From positions 2,370,556 to 2,404,050 of the forward strand of contig NC_057718.1 in assembly GCF_004010195.1 (NCBI RefSeq): a stretch of 33,495 nt of DNA. The letters are read 5' to 3'. The first letter of the stretch is position 1, and every line of letters starts with the position of its first letter. The notes under the pieces are model-generated. The model saw only the letters and a program-made list of their open reading frames with translations. It was not told the origin of the DNA and ran no database searches. This stretch comes from Chiloscyllium plagiosum (Eukaryota). Both the position numbers and the translations under genes were made by a program. Of the stretch, positions 11,970 to 22,928 are shown one piece after another.

Positions 11970-12130
11970 CAGGGGAACCTTGATTATCCGAACGTGACGG
12001 GTGGTCACTATTTTGTTTGGATAGTCAATTATTTGGGAAATTGATTAAATGCCTTTTCTCTGGGGCTCGGAGTTTTTAAAGTCTGCTCCCCATTCAGGAG
12101 ACTTCATTAGCACACAGTGTGTAAGGCCCT
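11970..12130 (+). mobile_element. Left end of a Tc1/mariner-pogo (Tigger-like) DNA transposon or MITE
   Basis: TA (11968-11969) followed by CAGGGGAACCTTGATTATCCGAAC abruptly interrupts the CR1. The other TIR is not visible and is probably in the gap. Confidence 0.6.
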
Positions 12131-12229
12131 GCCCCCAACACCGCCCCCTCTCACCCCCAACCCCATCCAACACCCCCGTCCCCCAACTCTGTCCAACACC
12201 ACCCCCCTCACCCCCAACCCCATCCAACA
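12131..12229. repeat. C-rich tandem repeat running into the gap
   Basis: ccaacaccacccccctcacccccaaccccat-like units. Confidence 0.85.
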
Positions 12230-12756
12230 NNNNNNNNNNNNNNNNNNNNNNNNNNNNNNNNNNNNNNNNNNNNNNNNNNNNNNNNNNNNNNNNNNNNNNN
12301 NNNNNNNNNNNNNNNNNNNNNNNNNNNNNNNNNNNNNNNNNNNNNNNNNNNNNNNNNNNNNNNNNNNNNNNNNNNNNNNNNNNNNNNNNNNNNNNNNNNN
12401 NNNNNNNNNNNNNNNNNNNNNNNNNNNNNNNNNNNNNNNNNNNNNNNNNNNNNNNNNNNNNNNNNNNNNNNNNNNNNNNNNNNNNNNNNNNNNNNNNNNN
12501 NNNNNNNNNNNNNNNNNNNNNNNNNNNNNNNNNNNNNNNNNNNNNNNNNNNNNNNNNNNNNNNNNNNNNNNNNNNNNNNNNNNNNNNNNNNNNNNNNNNN
12601 NNNNNNNNNNNNNNNNNNNNNNNNNNNNNNNNNNNNNNNNNNNNNNNNNNNNNNNNNNNNNNNNNNNNNNNNNNNNNNNNNNNNNNNNNNNNNNNNNNNN
12701 NNNNNNNNNNNNNNNNNNNNNNNNNNNNNNNNNNNNNNNNNNNNNNNNNNNNNNNN
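12230..12756. other. Assembly gap (527 N)
   Basis: Run of N. Confidence 1.
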
Positions 12757-12893
12757 AATCTCCATGACAGCACATCATCCGCCCCACCCAGCATCAAAGC
12801 AGAAGAGAAAGCATAGACTGTGGTGAAGATTAGTGGAGAGTCAAAGGATTAGGAAGCCTTCAAAACCAGCAGAGAATAACTAAAAAGCAGTAA

Positions 12894-13200
12894 GGGGCGG
12901 CATGGTGGCTCAGTTATTAGCACTGCTGCCTACAGCACCAGGGTCCCAGGTTCGATTCCAGCCTCGGGTGACTGACTGTGTGGAGTTTGCACCTTCTCCC
13001 TGTGTCTGTGTGGGTTTGCTTCGGGTGCTCCGGTTTCCTCTCACAATCCAAAGATGTGCCGGTCAGGTGAATTGGCCATGTTAAATTGTCCAAATTGTTA
13101 GGTACGTTAGTCAGAGGGGAGTGGGTTACTCTTCGGAGGGTCGGCATGGACTTGTTGGACCAAAGTGCCTGTTTCCCCAATGTAGGGAATCTAATCTAAA
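12894..13200 (+). mobile_element. HE1-like V-SINE, full length
   Basis: tRNA-like head with A box tggctcagttattag and B box gttcgattcc; V core tgtgtggagtttgcac...ggtgctccggtttcct; CR1-like tail ending aatctaatcta. Confidence 0.92.
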
Positions 13201-13433
13201 CAAAAAGATCACATATGAGAATAAGCTAACTAGTGATATAAAAGCAGATTGCAAGAAGTGTTTCAGATTGATATAAGGGAAGGGAGAGGCTAGAGTGGAC
13301 ACTGGGTCACTGGAAAATGAGGCTGGAGAAGTAGTGATGGGGAACAAAGAAATGGTGGAGGAACTGAACAGGTGCTTTGCATCAATTTTCACAGTGGAAG
13401 AACAAACTGCATACCAGAACTTCAAGCGAGTCA

Positions 13434-13780
13434 GTGGTTATCACAGTGGCTCAGTGGTTAACACTGCTGCCTCATAGCATCAGGGACCTGTGGTCAATTT
13501 CACCCTCAGACAACCGTCTGTGTGGAATTTTCACATTCTCTCCGTGCCGGCCAGGGTTTCCTCCGAGTGCTCCAGTTTTTTTCCCACAGTCCAAGGAAGT
13601 GCAGATGAGGTGGATTGGCCCTGGGAAACTGCCAATAGTGTTGAGGGATGTGCAGGCTGGGTGGATTGGCCATGGGAAATGCAGGGTTAGGGGGATAGGG
13701 TGGGGTAGATGCTCTTCAGGGGGTCAGTGTAGACTGGATAGGCCGAATGACCTGCTCCACACTGTGGGCGATTCTATGAT
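13434..13780 (+). mobile_element. HE1-like V-SINE, older copy
   Basis: gtggctcagtggttaacactgctgcctca...gtgtggaattttcacattctc...gattctatgat. Confidence 0.88.
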
Positions 13781-14072
13781 GAGTGTATTGGCCATCACGA
13801 AGGAGAAGGTGCTGAGGAAGCTCAAAAGTCTGAACATAGATAAATAATCTGGACCACATGGGCTACACTGCAGAGTTAGGAGCTAGCTGAGGAGACTGTA
13901 AAGGTATTGGTGGTGATCTTCCAGGAGGCACTACAGTGAGGGAGGGTCCCAGAGGACTGGAAAATGGTTCATGTAACCCCCTGTTTAGCAAGGGAGGGAG
14001 GCAGAAGACAGGAAATTATTAGCTGTCTAGCCTGATGATGGCTGTTGGTGAGATTTTAGAGTGCTTTATTAA

Positions 14073-14372
14073 ATAGACAATAGACAATAGGTGCAGGAGT
14101 AGGCCATTCTGCCCTTCGAGCCTGCACCACCATTCATTATGATCATGGCTGATCATCCTTAATCAGTATCCTGTTCCTGCCTTATCTCCATAACCCTTGA
14201 TTCCACTATCCTTGAAAGCTCTATCCAACTCTTTCTTAAACGAATCCAGAGACTGGGCCTCCACTGCCCTCTGGGGCAGCGCATTCCACACACCCACCAC
14301 TCTCTGGATGAAGAAGTTTCTCCTCATCTCTGTCCTAAATGGCCTATCCCTTATTTTTAAGCTGTGTCCTCT
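14073..14372 (-). mobile_element. Young ~300-bp CR1 3' end
   Basis: RGHSLKIRDRPFRTEMRRNFFIQRVVGVWNALP; (atagaca)n tail. Confidence 0.93.
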
Positions 14373-14509
14373 GATGAGATTGTGGAGTACTTGGACGTGC
14401 ATGGTAAACTAGGGCTGGGTCAGTAACAACATTGTCAAGGAGAGGTCATGTCTGACAAAACTGTTAGAATTATTTGAGGAGGTAATGAACAAGTTAGACA
14501 ATGGAGCCC

Positions 14510-14783
14510 TCTTCCATTGGGCAGAAGTTACAAATGTTTGAGAACATGTAGCAACAGATTCAAGAACAGCTTCTTCCTCGCTGTTATCAAACTTATGAAC
14601 AGCCTGCTTCTATATTTGAGTTGATCTTTCTCTGCACATTCTCTGTAGCTGTAACATTGCATTCTGTTCCTTTACCCTGATGTACTTTTGTAAGGTATAA
14701 TCTCATTTGCATCCAAAACAATACTTTTCACAGTATCTCAGTACACGTGACAATAACAAATTAAATCAATTCAAATCAAAATC
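14510..14783 (+). mobile_element. 3' end of a Rex1/Babar-like LINE
   Basis: agattcaagaacagcttcttcctcgctgttatc (RFKNSFF) ... cacgtgacaataacaaa plus an (aaatc)n tail; interrupts the host CR1 just before VDMIYSDFQKAFD. Confidence 0.7.
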
Positions 14784-15287
14784 AGTGGACATGATCTATT
14801 CTGATTTCCAGAAGGCCTTTGACAAGATGCCATACAAGAAGCTGCTAAACAAGCATAAGAGCCCATGGTGTTCGGGACAAGGTATTAAAAACATGCACGA
14901 TCTGGACCATATCCAGGCTTGGACTGATTGATCACTGACATGGATAGAGGATTGGCTGACTGGCAGAAGGCAGAGAGTGGGGATAAATGGTTCACAATGG
15001 CAGACAGTGACTAGTGAAGTTCCACAGGGGTCAGTGTTGGGACCACAACTATTCACATTAAACATTAACAAGGGGATAGTAGAAACCAAGGACATTGTTG
15101 ATAACTTTGCAGATGACACAATGATAGGTGGGGAGATGGGTAACATTGAGGAAGCAGGGAGGCTGCAGAAGGACTTGGACAGTTTAGGAGAGTGGGCAAA
15201 AAAGTGGAAGGTGGAATACAATATGGGAAACTGAGGTTATGCACTTTGGAAGGAAAAACAAAGGCATAGACTATTTTCTAAATGGGG

Positions 15288-15681
15288 AAATCTTTTGAAA
15301 ATCTGAAGTACAAAGATACTTGGGAGTCCTATTTCAGGAATCTCTCAAGATTAACATTCAGGTTCAGTTGGCAGTTAGGAAGACAAATACAATGGGAGCA
15401 TTCATTTCAAGAGGGCTAGAATAGAGGGGCAGGGATTTACTCCTGAGGACATATAAGGTTCCAATCAGAGCACACCTGGAATAAAAATCCTTTGAAAATC
15501 TGAAGTACAAAGGTACTTGGGAGTCCTATTTCAGGAATCTCTCAAGATTAACATTCATGTTCATTTGGCAGTTAAGAAGACAAATACAATGGGAGCATTC
15601 ATTTCAAGAGGGCTAGAATAGAGGGGCAGGGATTTACTCCTGAGGACATATAAGGTTCCAATCAGAGCACACCTGGAATAA
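15288..15681. repeat. 197-bp tandem duplication inside the CR1
   Basis: 15288-15484 versus 15485-15681, about 5 substitutions. Confidence 0.95.
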
Positions 15682-16204
15682 TTTGAGCAGTTTTGGGCCA
15701 AGTATCTAAGGAAGGGTGTGCTGGAGTTGGAGTGGGTCCAGACAGGTTTCCAAGAATGATTCTGGGAATGAAGGGCTTATCATTTGAGGAGCAGTGGAAG
15801 ATGTTGGGTCTGAACTTGATAGAGTTTCAAAAGATGAGAGGAATCTGATTGAAACTTCGAGAATACTGAGAGTCCTGGATAGAGTGGATGTGGAGAAGAT
15901 GTTTCCACTAGTAGGAGAGACTAGGACCCAAGGACACAGCCTCAGAGCAAAGGGACTTTAGAACTGAAATGAGGAGACATTTCTTCAGCCAGAGGGTGGG
16001 GACCCTGTGGGACTCATTGTTGCAGAGGGCTGTGGAGACCAAGACATTGAGTGTATTTAAGAGAGAGAGAGATAGGTTCTTGATTAGTAAGGGGATCAAG
16101 GGTTATGGAGAGGAGGCAGGAGAATGAGGTTGAGTAAGATTTCAGAAATAACCGAATAGCGGATCAGACCCAATGAGCTGACTGGCCTGCTGCTTTATCT
16201 TACA

Positions 16205-16445
16205 GTCTTACATTCATAATAACATTTCACAATCTGAGAATAGCCCAAAACTCAGTCCACGTCAGTGAAAAACTCTTTAACTAAACACAGAAGCCAACTT
16301 GCACACAGGGAAATCCCAAAAACGAACAGTAATGTGATAATAACCAGCTCCTTGTGTAATACTGATTTAAAATGAATGAGAAATATTGCCCAAAATACCA
16401 GTGAAAAACTGTTGACTTTTCTTCAAAATAGTTCTGTGGGATCTG
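16205..16445 (-). mobile_element. Deu-domain SINE (SacSINE1/AmnSINE1-like), 3' part
   Basis: agccaacttgcacacagggaaatccc...agtaatgtgataataaccag...aaatattgcccaaaatacc...cttcaaaatagttctgtgggatct resembles the reverse complement of the DeuSINE consensus as I recall it. Confidence 0.7.
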
Positions 16446-16827
16446 TTGTGTGTCTGGCGGTGGGATGGAGAGGGTGATTTTATTGAGGCCCAGAGAGGAA
16501 GAGAACTTGTGAGTGCCATCTCAATGAGGCAGGATGTCAATTTCTATTTCCCGATGGAGAACTGTGATAAAGTGAGTGAGGTGTCTGTGACGTGTCAATG
16601 TCTCAAACGCATCTGTGGTTGATCCCTTTCAGTAATACATGTAAATGTCAGCAAAACTCATCAGCATGAAATCTTTTAGAACTCTCAGTGAACCTTCAAG
16701 ATAAATTCAACAGTAAATAGGAATCCTGCAGCATTCAGTTCCTTATCATTTCCATTCGATAGGTCAGTGTTTCGCCATGGTGTCTGAAGGTGCCTGGCTT
16801 TGCTTGTTGCATTGACCAAGATCCTTG

Positions 16828-16925
16828 CCCCATCTGATGAAGGGGCAGCTATGAAAGCTTGTGATTTCAAATAAACCTGTTGGATTATAACCTGGTCTTG
16901 TGTGACTTCTGACCTTGTCTGCCCC
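16828..16925 (+). mobile_element. PLE terminal repeat with a degenerate hammerhead core
   Basis: CTGATGA(16834-16840)aggggcagctatGAAAGCTT...aaataaacctgttggattataacctgg. Confidence 0.75.
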
Positions 16926-16954
16926 AGTCCAATATCGGCATCTCCACATCAAAG

Positions 16955-17270
16955 ATCCTCAGACTGCACCTTCCAAACCTATGAGCACTTCCATCCAGAA
17001 GTACAAGGGCAGCAGATACATAGGAACACCACCCCCTGCAAGTTCCCTCCAAGCCACTCACCATCCTGACTTGAAAATATATCGCTGTTCCTTCAGTGTT
17101 GCTGAGTCAGAATCCTGGAATTCCCTCCCTGAGGGCATTGTGGGTCAACCCACAGCACATGGACTGCAGCGGTTCAAGAAGGCAGCTCACCCCCACCTTC
17201 TCAAGGGGCAACTAGGGACAGGCAATAAATGCTGGAACAGGCCATGACAAGCCCAGCCCATGAGTGAATT
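16955..17270 (+). mobile_element. 3' tail of the CR1/L2-group LINE (same family as 2135-3565)
   Basis: SWNSLPEGIVGQPTAHGLQRFKKAAHPHLLKG; ggggcaactagggacaggcaataaatgctgg. Confidence 0.88.
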
Positions 17271-17412
17271 TTACAAAACCAGAACGTAAGAGGGCAGGAA
17301 CCAGGGAATGGGAACTGGCATGAAAGGGTGTGACGGACAAGGCTGAGGCAGTGGAGGAGGGGCATTAGTGGTTGGGTTGAAATGTTGGGCTTCAGGTGTA
17401 TGGAATTGTGGA

Positions 17413-18810
17413 GGTCAGAGGGTCCGCATTAGGGAGAACTGCCTTGTTGGACAGTCAGTACTGAGGGAGCGTCGCACTGTCGGAGAGTCAGTGCTGAGGG
17501 AATGCCGCACTGTCGGAGAGTCAGTGCTGAGGGAGTGCCACACTGTCGGAGAGTCAGTGCTGAGGGAGTGCCGCACTGTCAGAGGGTCAGTACTGAGGGA
17601 GTGTCGCAGTGTCAGAGGGTCAGTACTGAGGGAGTATCGCACTGTCAGAGGGTCAATACTGAGGGAGTATCGCACTGACAGAAGATCAGTACTGAGGGAG
17701 TATCACACTATCGGACGATCAGTACTTTTGAAGGGTCGGCGCTGAGGGTGCCAAACTGTCAGAGAGTCAGTGCTGAGAGAGTGTTGCACTGTCGGAGATC
17801 AGTACTGAGGGAGTGCCGTATTGTTGGAGAGTCAGTGCTGAGGGAGTGACATACTATTGGAGGATCAGTGCTGGGAGAGTGCTGCACTATCAGAGGGTCA
17901 ATACCGAGGGAGTGCCGCACTGTCAGAAAGTCAGTGCTGAGGGAGTATCGCACTATCAGAGGGTCAATACCGAGGGAGTGCCTCACTGTCAGAAGGTTAG
18001 TGCTGAGGGTGCGCCGCACTGTCGGAGGGTCAGTGCTGAGGGAGTGCCGTACTGTCAGAAGGTTAGTGCTGAGGGTGCGCCGCACTGTCGGAGGGTCAGT
18101 GCTGAGGGAGTGCTGCACTGTCAGAGGGTCAATACTGAGGGAGTATCGCACTGACAGAAGATCAGTACTGAGGGAGTATCACACTGTCAGATGGTCAATA
18201 CTGAGGGCGTATCACACTATCGGACGATCAGTACTTTTGGAGGGTCGGTGCTGAGGGTGCCAAACTGTCAGAGGGTCAGTGCTGAGAGAGTGTGGCACTG
18301 TTGGAGGTCAGTACTGAGGGACTGCCGTATTGTTGGAGGGTCAGTGCTGAGGGAGTGCCACACTGTCAGAGGGTCAATACCGAGGGAACGCCGCACTGTC
18401 AGAAGGTCAGTGCTGAGGGAGCGCCGCACTGTCAGAAGGTCAGTGCTGAGGGAGCGCTGCACTGTCGGATGGTCAGTGCTGAGGGAGCACCGCACTGTCA
18501 GAGGGTCAGTACTGAGGGAGCGCCGCACTGTCAGAGGGTCAGTGCAGAGGGAGTGCCGCACTATCGGAGGGTCAGTGCTGAGGGAACGCTGTACTGTCAG
18601 AGGGTCAGTACTGAGGGAGTGCCACAATGTCAGAGGGTCAGTGCTGAGGGAGGGCCGCACTGTCAGAGGGTCAGTGTAGAGGGAGTGCCGCACTGTTGGA
18701 GGGTCAGTGCTGAGGGAGGGCCGCACTGTCAGAGGGTCAGTACTGAGGGAGTGCCGCACTGTCAGAGGGTCAGTACTGAGGGAGTGCCGCACTGTTCGAG
18801 GGTCAGTACT
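17413..18810 (+). repeat. 33-bp minisatellite, about 42 units, with a higher-order duplication
   Basis: Unit gtcagtactgagggagtgccgcactgtcagagg; explains the VLRECRTVRGS and STDPLTVRHSL pseudo-ORFs. Confidence 0.97.
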
Positions 18811-18815
18811 CTTTC

Positions 18816-18955
18816 AGTATTGACTCTCTGACAGTGCAGGACACCGTCCGCACCAATCCTCTGACAGAGCAGCATGGGAGTGTCAGCCTGGAATTTGTGC
18901 CCGTGTCTGAGAGTTGTCACCTTAACTCACTGTCTCTAACTCAGTGTTTGCCACT
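18816..18955 (-). mobile_element. Deu-SINE-like head plus about 2 inverted minisatellite units
   Basis: agtattgactctctgacagtgc is the reverse complement of the unit; gggagtgtcagcctggaatttgtgc resembles the reverse complement of the SINE segment upstream of the unit. Confidence 0.65.
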
Positions 18956-19029
18956 TTTATATGGCTGACCCAACAAAAAAAACAAAATACAAGTCAGAAT
19001 AAACTAAATGGTGAAAGATGAATTAGAGC

Positions 19030-19692
19030 TCACACACTTGAACTTTCTCTCTCATAAACATACCCTCTCATGCTGTTTCTCTCACACACTGTCTGGCTCT
19101 CACACTGTCAGTTTCTCTCACACACTCTGCCTTGCTGTTTCAATCGCTCTGTCTCTGATACACACACTGTGTCTCTCAAACACTCTCTCACATATTCTTT
19201 CTCATGCATTCTCTCTCTCACACAAACACTCTCACATTGTCTCTCTCACACACTGTCTTTCTCCAGCTTTCACTCTCACACACACTCTTGTTTCTGTCTC
19301 TCAAATACTCTCTGTCACACACACTGTCTCTCTGACACACACACTCTCTCACACTGACTCTCTCTCACACACTCTTTGTCTCTCTCTCTCACACATTTTC
19401 TCTCTCACACATACATGCTCTTTCACAGTCTCTTTGACTCTGTCACACACTCTTTGTCTCTCTCACACACAAATACACACAGTCTCTCTTACACTCTCTG
19501 TCTCTCATCCATGTTCTCTTTCTCTCTCACACACACTCTCTTCTCACACACACATACATTGTCTCTCACACACATCCTCTCACAGACACTGTCTCTCACA
19601 GTCTCTGTCTCTCTCTCTCAAACACGCACTCTCTCACACTCTCTCTCACAAAAAACACACAATCTCTTTCTCTCTCTCTTTCTCTCTCACAC
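19030..19692. repeat. Degenerate (TC)n/(CA)n low-complexity tract
   Basis: Interspersed tctctc and cacaca runs. Confidence 0.95.
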
Positions 19693-19874
19693 CCATGGCA
19701 GGTTGGATTCCAAAACTCCAAAATTGTGAAATAGATTTTTTTGAAAGTGGTCTGCATCAGAGGCAAATGAGCTGTGGGTATGAATTCAGTGGTTGACTTT
19801 GGGAGGCTGATAAAGGTAACACCTCACAGTGTCAAAGAAACCTCCATTGGACTTGACTGGTCAATTTCTCCAAC

Positions 19875-19960
19875 CAAAAACAGGAGAATCTCAGCAGGTC
19901 TGGCGGCATCTGTGGTGAGAGAAACAGAGCTAATGTTACAAGTCTAGTAATCCTTCGTTT
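19875..19960 (-). mobile_element. Decayed PLE terminal repeat
   Basis: gagaatctcagcaggtctggcggcatctgtggtgagagaaacagagctaatgtt. Confidence 0.7.
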
Positions 19961-20164
19961 TAAGGGCCCATTGAGTTGGTCCTGCCAAAAGACATTATTA
20001 CCTACACTAGTCCCACTTTGCCCCCCTAGACCTACAGTCAAATCAATCCAATTCATAATGCCACTGGACTGAGAGGGTCAGGCACTAGCTCTGTCCATTT
20101 GTCACACGGTCAGTGCTCTGTTCCTTTCAATGACACTCAGTCTAACATCTCAGCTAAAATACGT

Positions 20165-20532
20165 CAAGGGTAGATGCAGGACAGATGCAGAGAGATAGAT
20201 AATAGACAGGGTAGATGTAGGGAAAATGTTGCCACTTGTTGGAGAGTTTAGAAACAGAAGACAATTTTTAAATGAGAGGGATGCCACTTCAGACTGAGAT
20301 GAGGAGGTTTTTTTGACTCTGAGGTTTGTAAACCTTTGGAATTCTCTCTGCCAGAGGGCTGTGGGAGCTGAGTCTCTGGGTCTGTTTTAAGATATAGATT
20401 GATAGGTTTCTGATTCCCCAGTGGGGTACAGGGTTCTGGGGATAGTGTGGATCAGGCAGTGAAGTGTTTGACCAGTCACGATCATACTGAATAGTGGGTC
20501 AGGCTTGGAGGGCTGAATGGCCTATGCCTGCA
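20165..20532 (+). mobile_element. CR1 3' end
   Basis: gactgagatgaggagg...ctttggaattctctctgccagagggctgtgg...gagggctgaatggcct. Confidence 0.85.
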
Positions 20533-20734
20533 AAGATGTTCCACAACCCTGATTGGATGTTTTCCTGGAGGATCCAACTTTCTACCGTCACTCTCCTACC
20601 AATGGTCACCTTACATGTGAGGCGTGTCTGATCAGTCAGGAAATGAAGATGACTGTCCATCTAACTGTCTTCTTCAGTACCTCCGGTATCTCTCTCCTTC
20701 CTGAACACAGCTCTTCACAAAATATTCAATCTGA

Positions 20735-20794
20735 TCACAACTCTTTGCTTGAAGTTTTCTTTGGTGCAGCATCAAAATCATTGATCTTCAATTC
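20735..20794 (-). CDS. Candidate terminal coding exon ELKINDFDAAPKKTSSKEL* (unidentified)
   Basis: Strong acceptor cattaacattgtcctcacttctccag|G in non-repetitive DNA, open in phase 0 to TGA. No homologue recognised. Confidence 0.25.
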   Translation of the reverse strand, partial: ELKINDFDAAPKKTSSKEL

Positions 20795-20909
20795 CTGGAG
20801 AAGTGAGGACAATGTTAATGAGATGTTGATGGACGGTAATCCTGAGCCAGGGGGCAGTGCATCAAATGGGATCAATCAATGTCAACGTGATGCTGAGTGC
20901 ACGTAATGT

Positions 20910-21145
20910 TTCCATATCTGTCTGTATATGTGTGTGTGCATGTTATCAGTGCACATATCTATGTGTGTTTGCATGTTGTCTGTGTGCGTATCTGTGTTGT
21001 GTGTGTGCATCTGTCTGTACTTATGTCTTTCTACGTATCTATCTGTATTTATTGATCTGTGTGTGTGTATCTGAATTTCTATTTGTGTATGGATCTATGT
21101 GTGACTCTAGCTGTGTTTGCATATCTGTATGGATGTGTGTATTTG
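20910..21145. repeat. TG-rich low-complexity tract
   Basis: Degenerate (tgtg/tatc)n. Confidence 0.9.
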
Positions 21146-21352
21146 TTTCTTTATTCTTTCATGGGATGTAGGTGTCGCTGGTTGGGCCAGGCTTTATTGC
21201 CCGTCCCCAGTTGCCCCTTGAGAAGGTTCTTGAACCGTTGCAGTCCATGTGCTGTAGGTAGACCCACAATGCCCTTAGGGAGGGAATTCCAGGATTTTGG
21301 CCCAGCGACAGTGAAGTATATTTCCAAGGCAGGACGCTGAGTGGCTTTGAGG
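21146..21352 (-). mobile_element. 3' tail of the CR1/L2-group LINE
   Basis: KSWNSLPKGIVGLPTAHGLQRFK. Confidence 0.88.
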
Positions 21353-21932
21353 AAAGTGATCAGTTGATGGCTTTCCAGGAAGCCAGCTGTTGGTGCTGTG
21401 TACTGACTCCGGGAAACCAACTCGGGAGGACAGCCTGCTGCCAGGAAGCAAGGTGGAGGGAAATGGAGAGCAGCAGACTGGGGCTTTTCCTGAGAGCCAC
21501 CTAGATAGCTGTGGGCCTGTATGGGGAAGAGTCCTGCTGTGTCAGCTGTGGCCTAGATTCAGGGCCTGACACTAGACTCTGTTTCACCACAGACCACAGC
21601 TTCCACTGAACTGAAAGTGTTAACCGAGTCAGCACACGGCAACGATCATGTTACCTCAACCATCAGAACAATTCCCCTCCCAAAACCTCCCCTAAAGCAC
21701 CTTGCTCGCACTCTCATACACATTCATTACCGGATTTGCAAAGTCACATCCCAACAGCAAAACAGTTCAGCTGAACGGGAGAGCAGCTCTGTGGGTGTGG
21801 GGGTGGGGCTGCGGCTGGGGGTAAATGGGTGGGGAGTCACACTGTGTTGGCTGAGACCCTTGGGCTCCTGATGGACTTGACGTTGTTGTGAAGGAGTCTG
21901 TGTGTCACTGTCACCTGACAGGGGGCTATCTC

Positions 21933-22310
21933 TGTGACAGGGCTCCCCCATTGCGGTGACCAGAGTCCCCCTATAGGGGACTCAAGGCTACCTCATCGCG
22001 ATGACCAGGCTCCTCCCATTGAGGTTACAAGACTCCCCCGCATTGAGGTGTCAAGGCTGCCCCCATCACAGTGACAAGGCTCCCCCTGTTGAGGTGGAGA
22101 AAGTGAGACTGCAGGTGCTGGAGATCAGAGTCGAGGGTGTGGTGCTGGAAAAGCACAGCAGGTCAGGCAGCATCCGAGTAACAGGAGAATCGAGGTTTCA
22201 GGCTGGAGTCCTTCGTCTGGAGTGTAGACTCCCCCATTGCGGTGACAAAACTCCCCGTATTGAGGTGTCAAGGCTCCCCCACTGCAGTGACAAGGCTCCC
22301 CTCATTGAGA
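21933..22310. repeat. ~22-bp minisatellite interrupted by a PLE terminal repeat
   Basis: acaaggctcccccattg(a/c)ggtg units on both sides of 22097-22221. Confidence 0.88.
22097..22221 (-). mobile_element. PLE terminal repeat with a degenerate hammerhead
   Basis: gtgtggtgctggaaaagcacagcaggtcaggcagcatccgag...gaatcgaggtttcaggc. Confidence 0.8.
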
Positions 22311-22389
22311 CGCATGTCAAGTATAGTTAGTCCACAGTGATAGACCAACTCCACTTCCCTTTTAACTGAATTGCTTGAAAGGCCATCTT

Positions 22390-22530
22390 TCTTTTCATAC
22401 TCATCCAAGGGAGGTGGACATTGCTGGCTGGGGCAGCAGTTATCACACCTCCCTAGTTGCCCAGGAGGAGGTGGTAGTGAGCTGCAGACGTTGGGATGTG
22501 GGCAATGCAGTTAGGGAGGGAATTTCTCCC
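22390..22530 (-). mobile_element. Decayed LINE tail (same CR1/L2-group family)
   Basis: gtggacattgctggctggggcagc...ccctagttgccc...gggagggaatt. Confidence 0.7.
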
Positions 22531-22831
22531 AACCGCGAGTTTCCAGTTCACAATCCTGTGTGCCACACTTACAGACAGAAACTGACAAGTTGAAGTTGTC
22601 AGAAGACATAGAAGAAAGAGTAGGCCATTCAACCCACTGAGTCTGCTTACTCTATTCAATTTTAATACGTTAATTGCTTAATTCCAGCAATATTAAGGTG
22701 GATTTTGTCATTAACTGTGGGTTCAGGTATATCTTGAGCTTTCTGGAACCTGCTAGTGAAAGTGAGGTGAGCAGCAATGTTCAGTGCTATCTGGGAACCT
22801 GCCAGTGGTTAGCTCCTTAATGAAGGGCCCA

Positions 22832-22928
22832 TCCCTGATGAAGAGCTCAAGCTCGAAATGTCAACTCTCCTGCTCCTCAGATGCTGCCTGACTGGCTGTG
22901 CTTTTCCAGCAACACACTCTTTGACTCC
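22832..22928 (+). mobile_element. PLE terminal repeat with a near-intact hammerhead core
   Basis: CTGATGA(22835-22841)-A-GAGC-tcaa-GCTC-GAAA-TGTC, then actctcctgctcctcagatgctgcctgac...gcttttccagc. Confidence 0.8.

Larger units (their letters stand above)
11170..16200 (+). mobile_element. Long decayed CR1 LINE (APE endonuclease through RT to 3' UTR) with multiple nested insertions and a gap
   Basis: VGITETWLQG, GRGGGMALLVRNEI, GDFN, LENEAGEVVMGNKEMVEELNRCFASIFTVEE, VPQGSVLGPQLFTLNIN, FADDT; 3' UTR near 16170-16200. Continuity across the gap is inferred. Confidence 0.88.

Noticed and set aside
12045..12816. Long ORFs across the N run
   Set aside because: Assembly gap artefacts.
12894..12965. 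tRNA gene
   Set aside because: The A/B boxes belong to the tRNA-derived head of a V-SINE; there is no cloverleaf.
17413..18810. CRISPR-like array of ~33-bp repeats
   Set aside because: Units are contiguous with no unique spacers and no cas genes; it is a eukaryotic minisatellite.
17368..18831. Multiple 100-180 aa ORFs on both strands
   Set aside because: Artefacts of the 33-bp period.
19008..19796. 262-aa His/Ser/Leu/Thr-rich ORF
   Set aside because: Translation of a TC/CA low-complexity tract.
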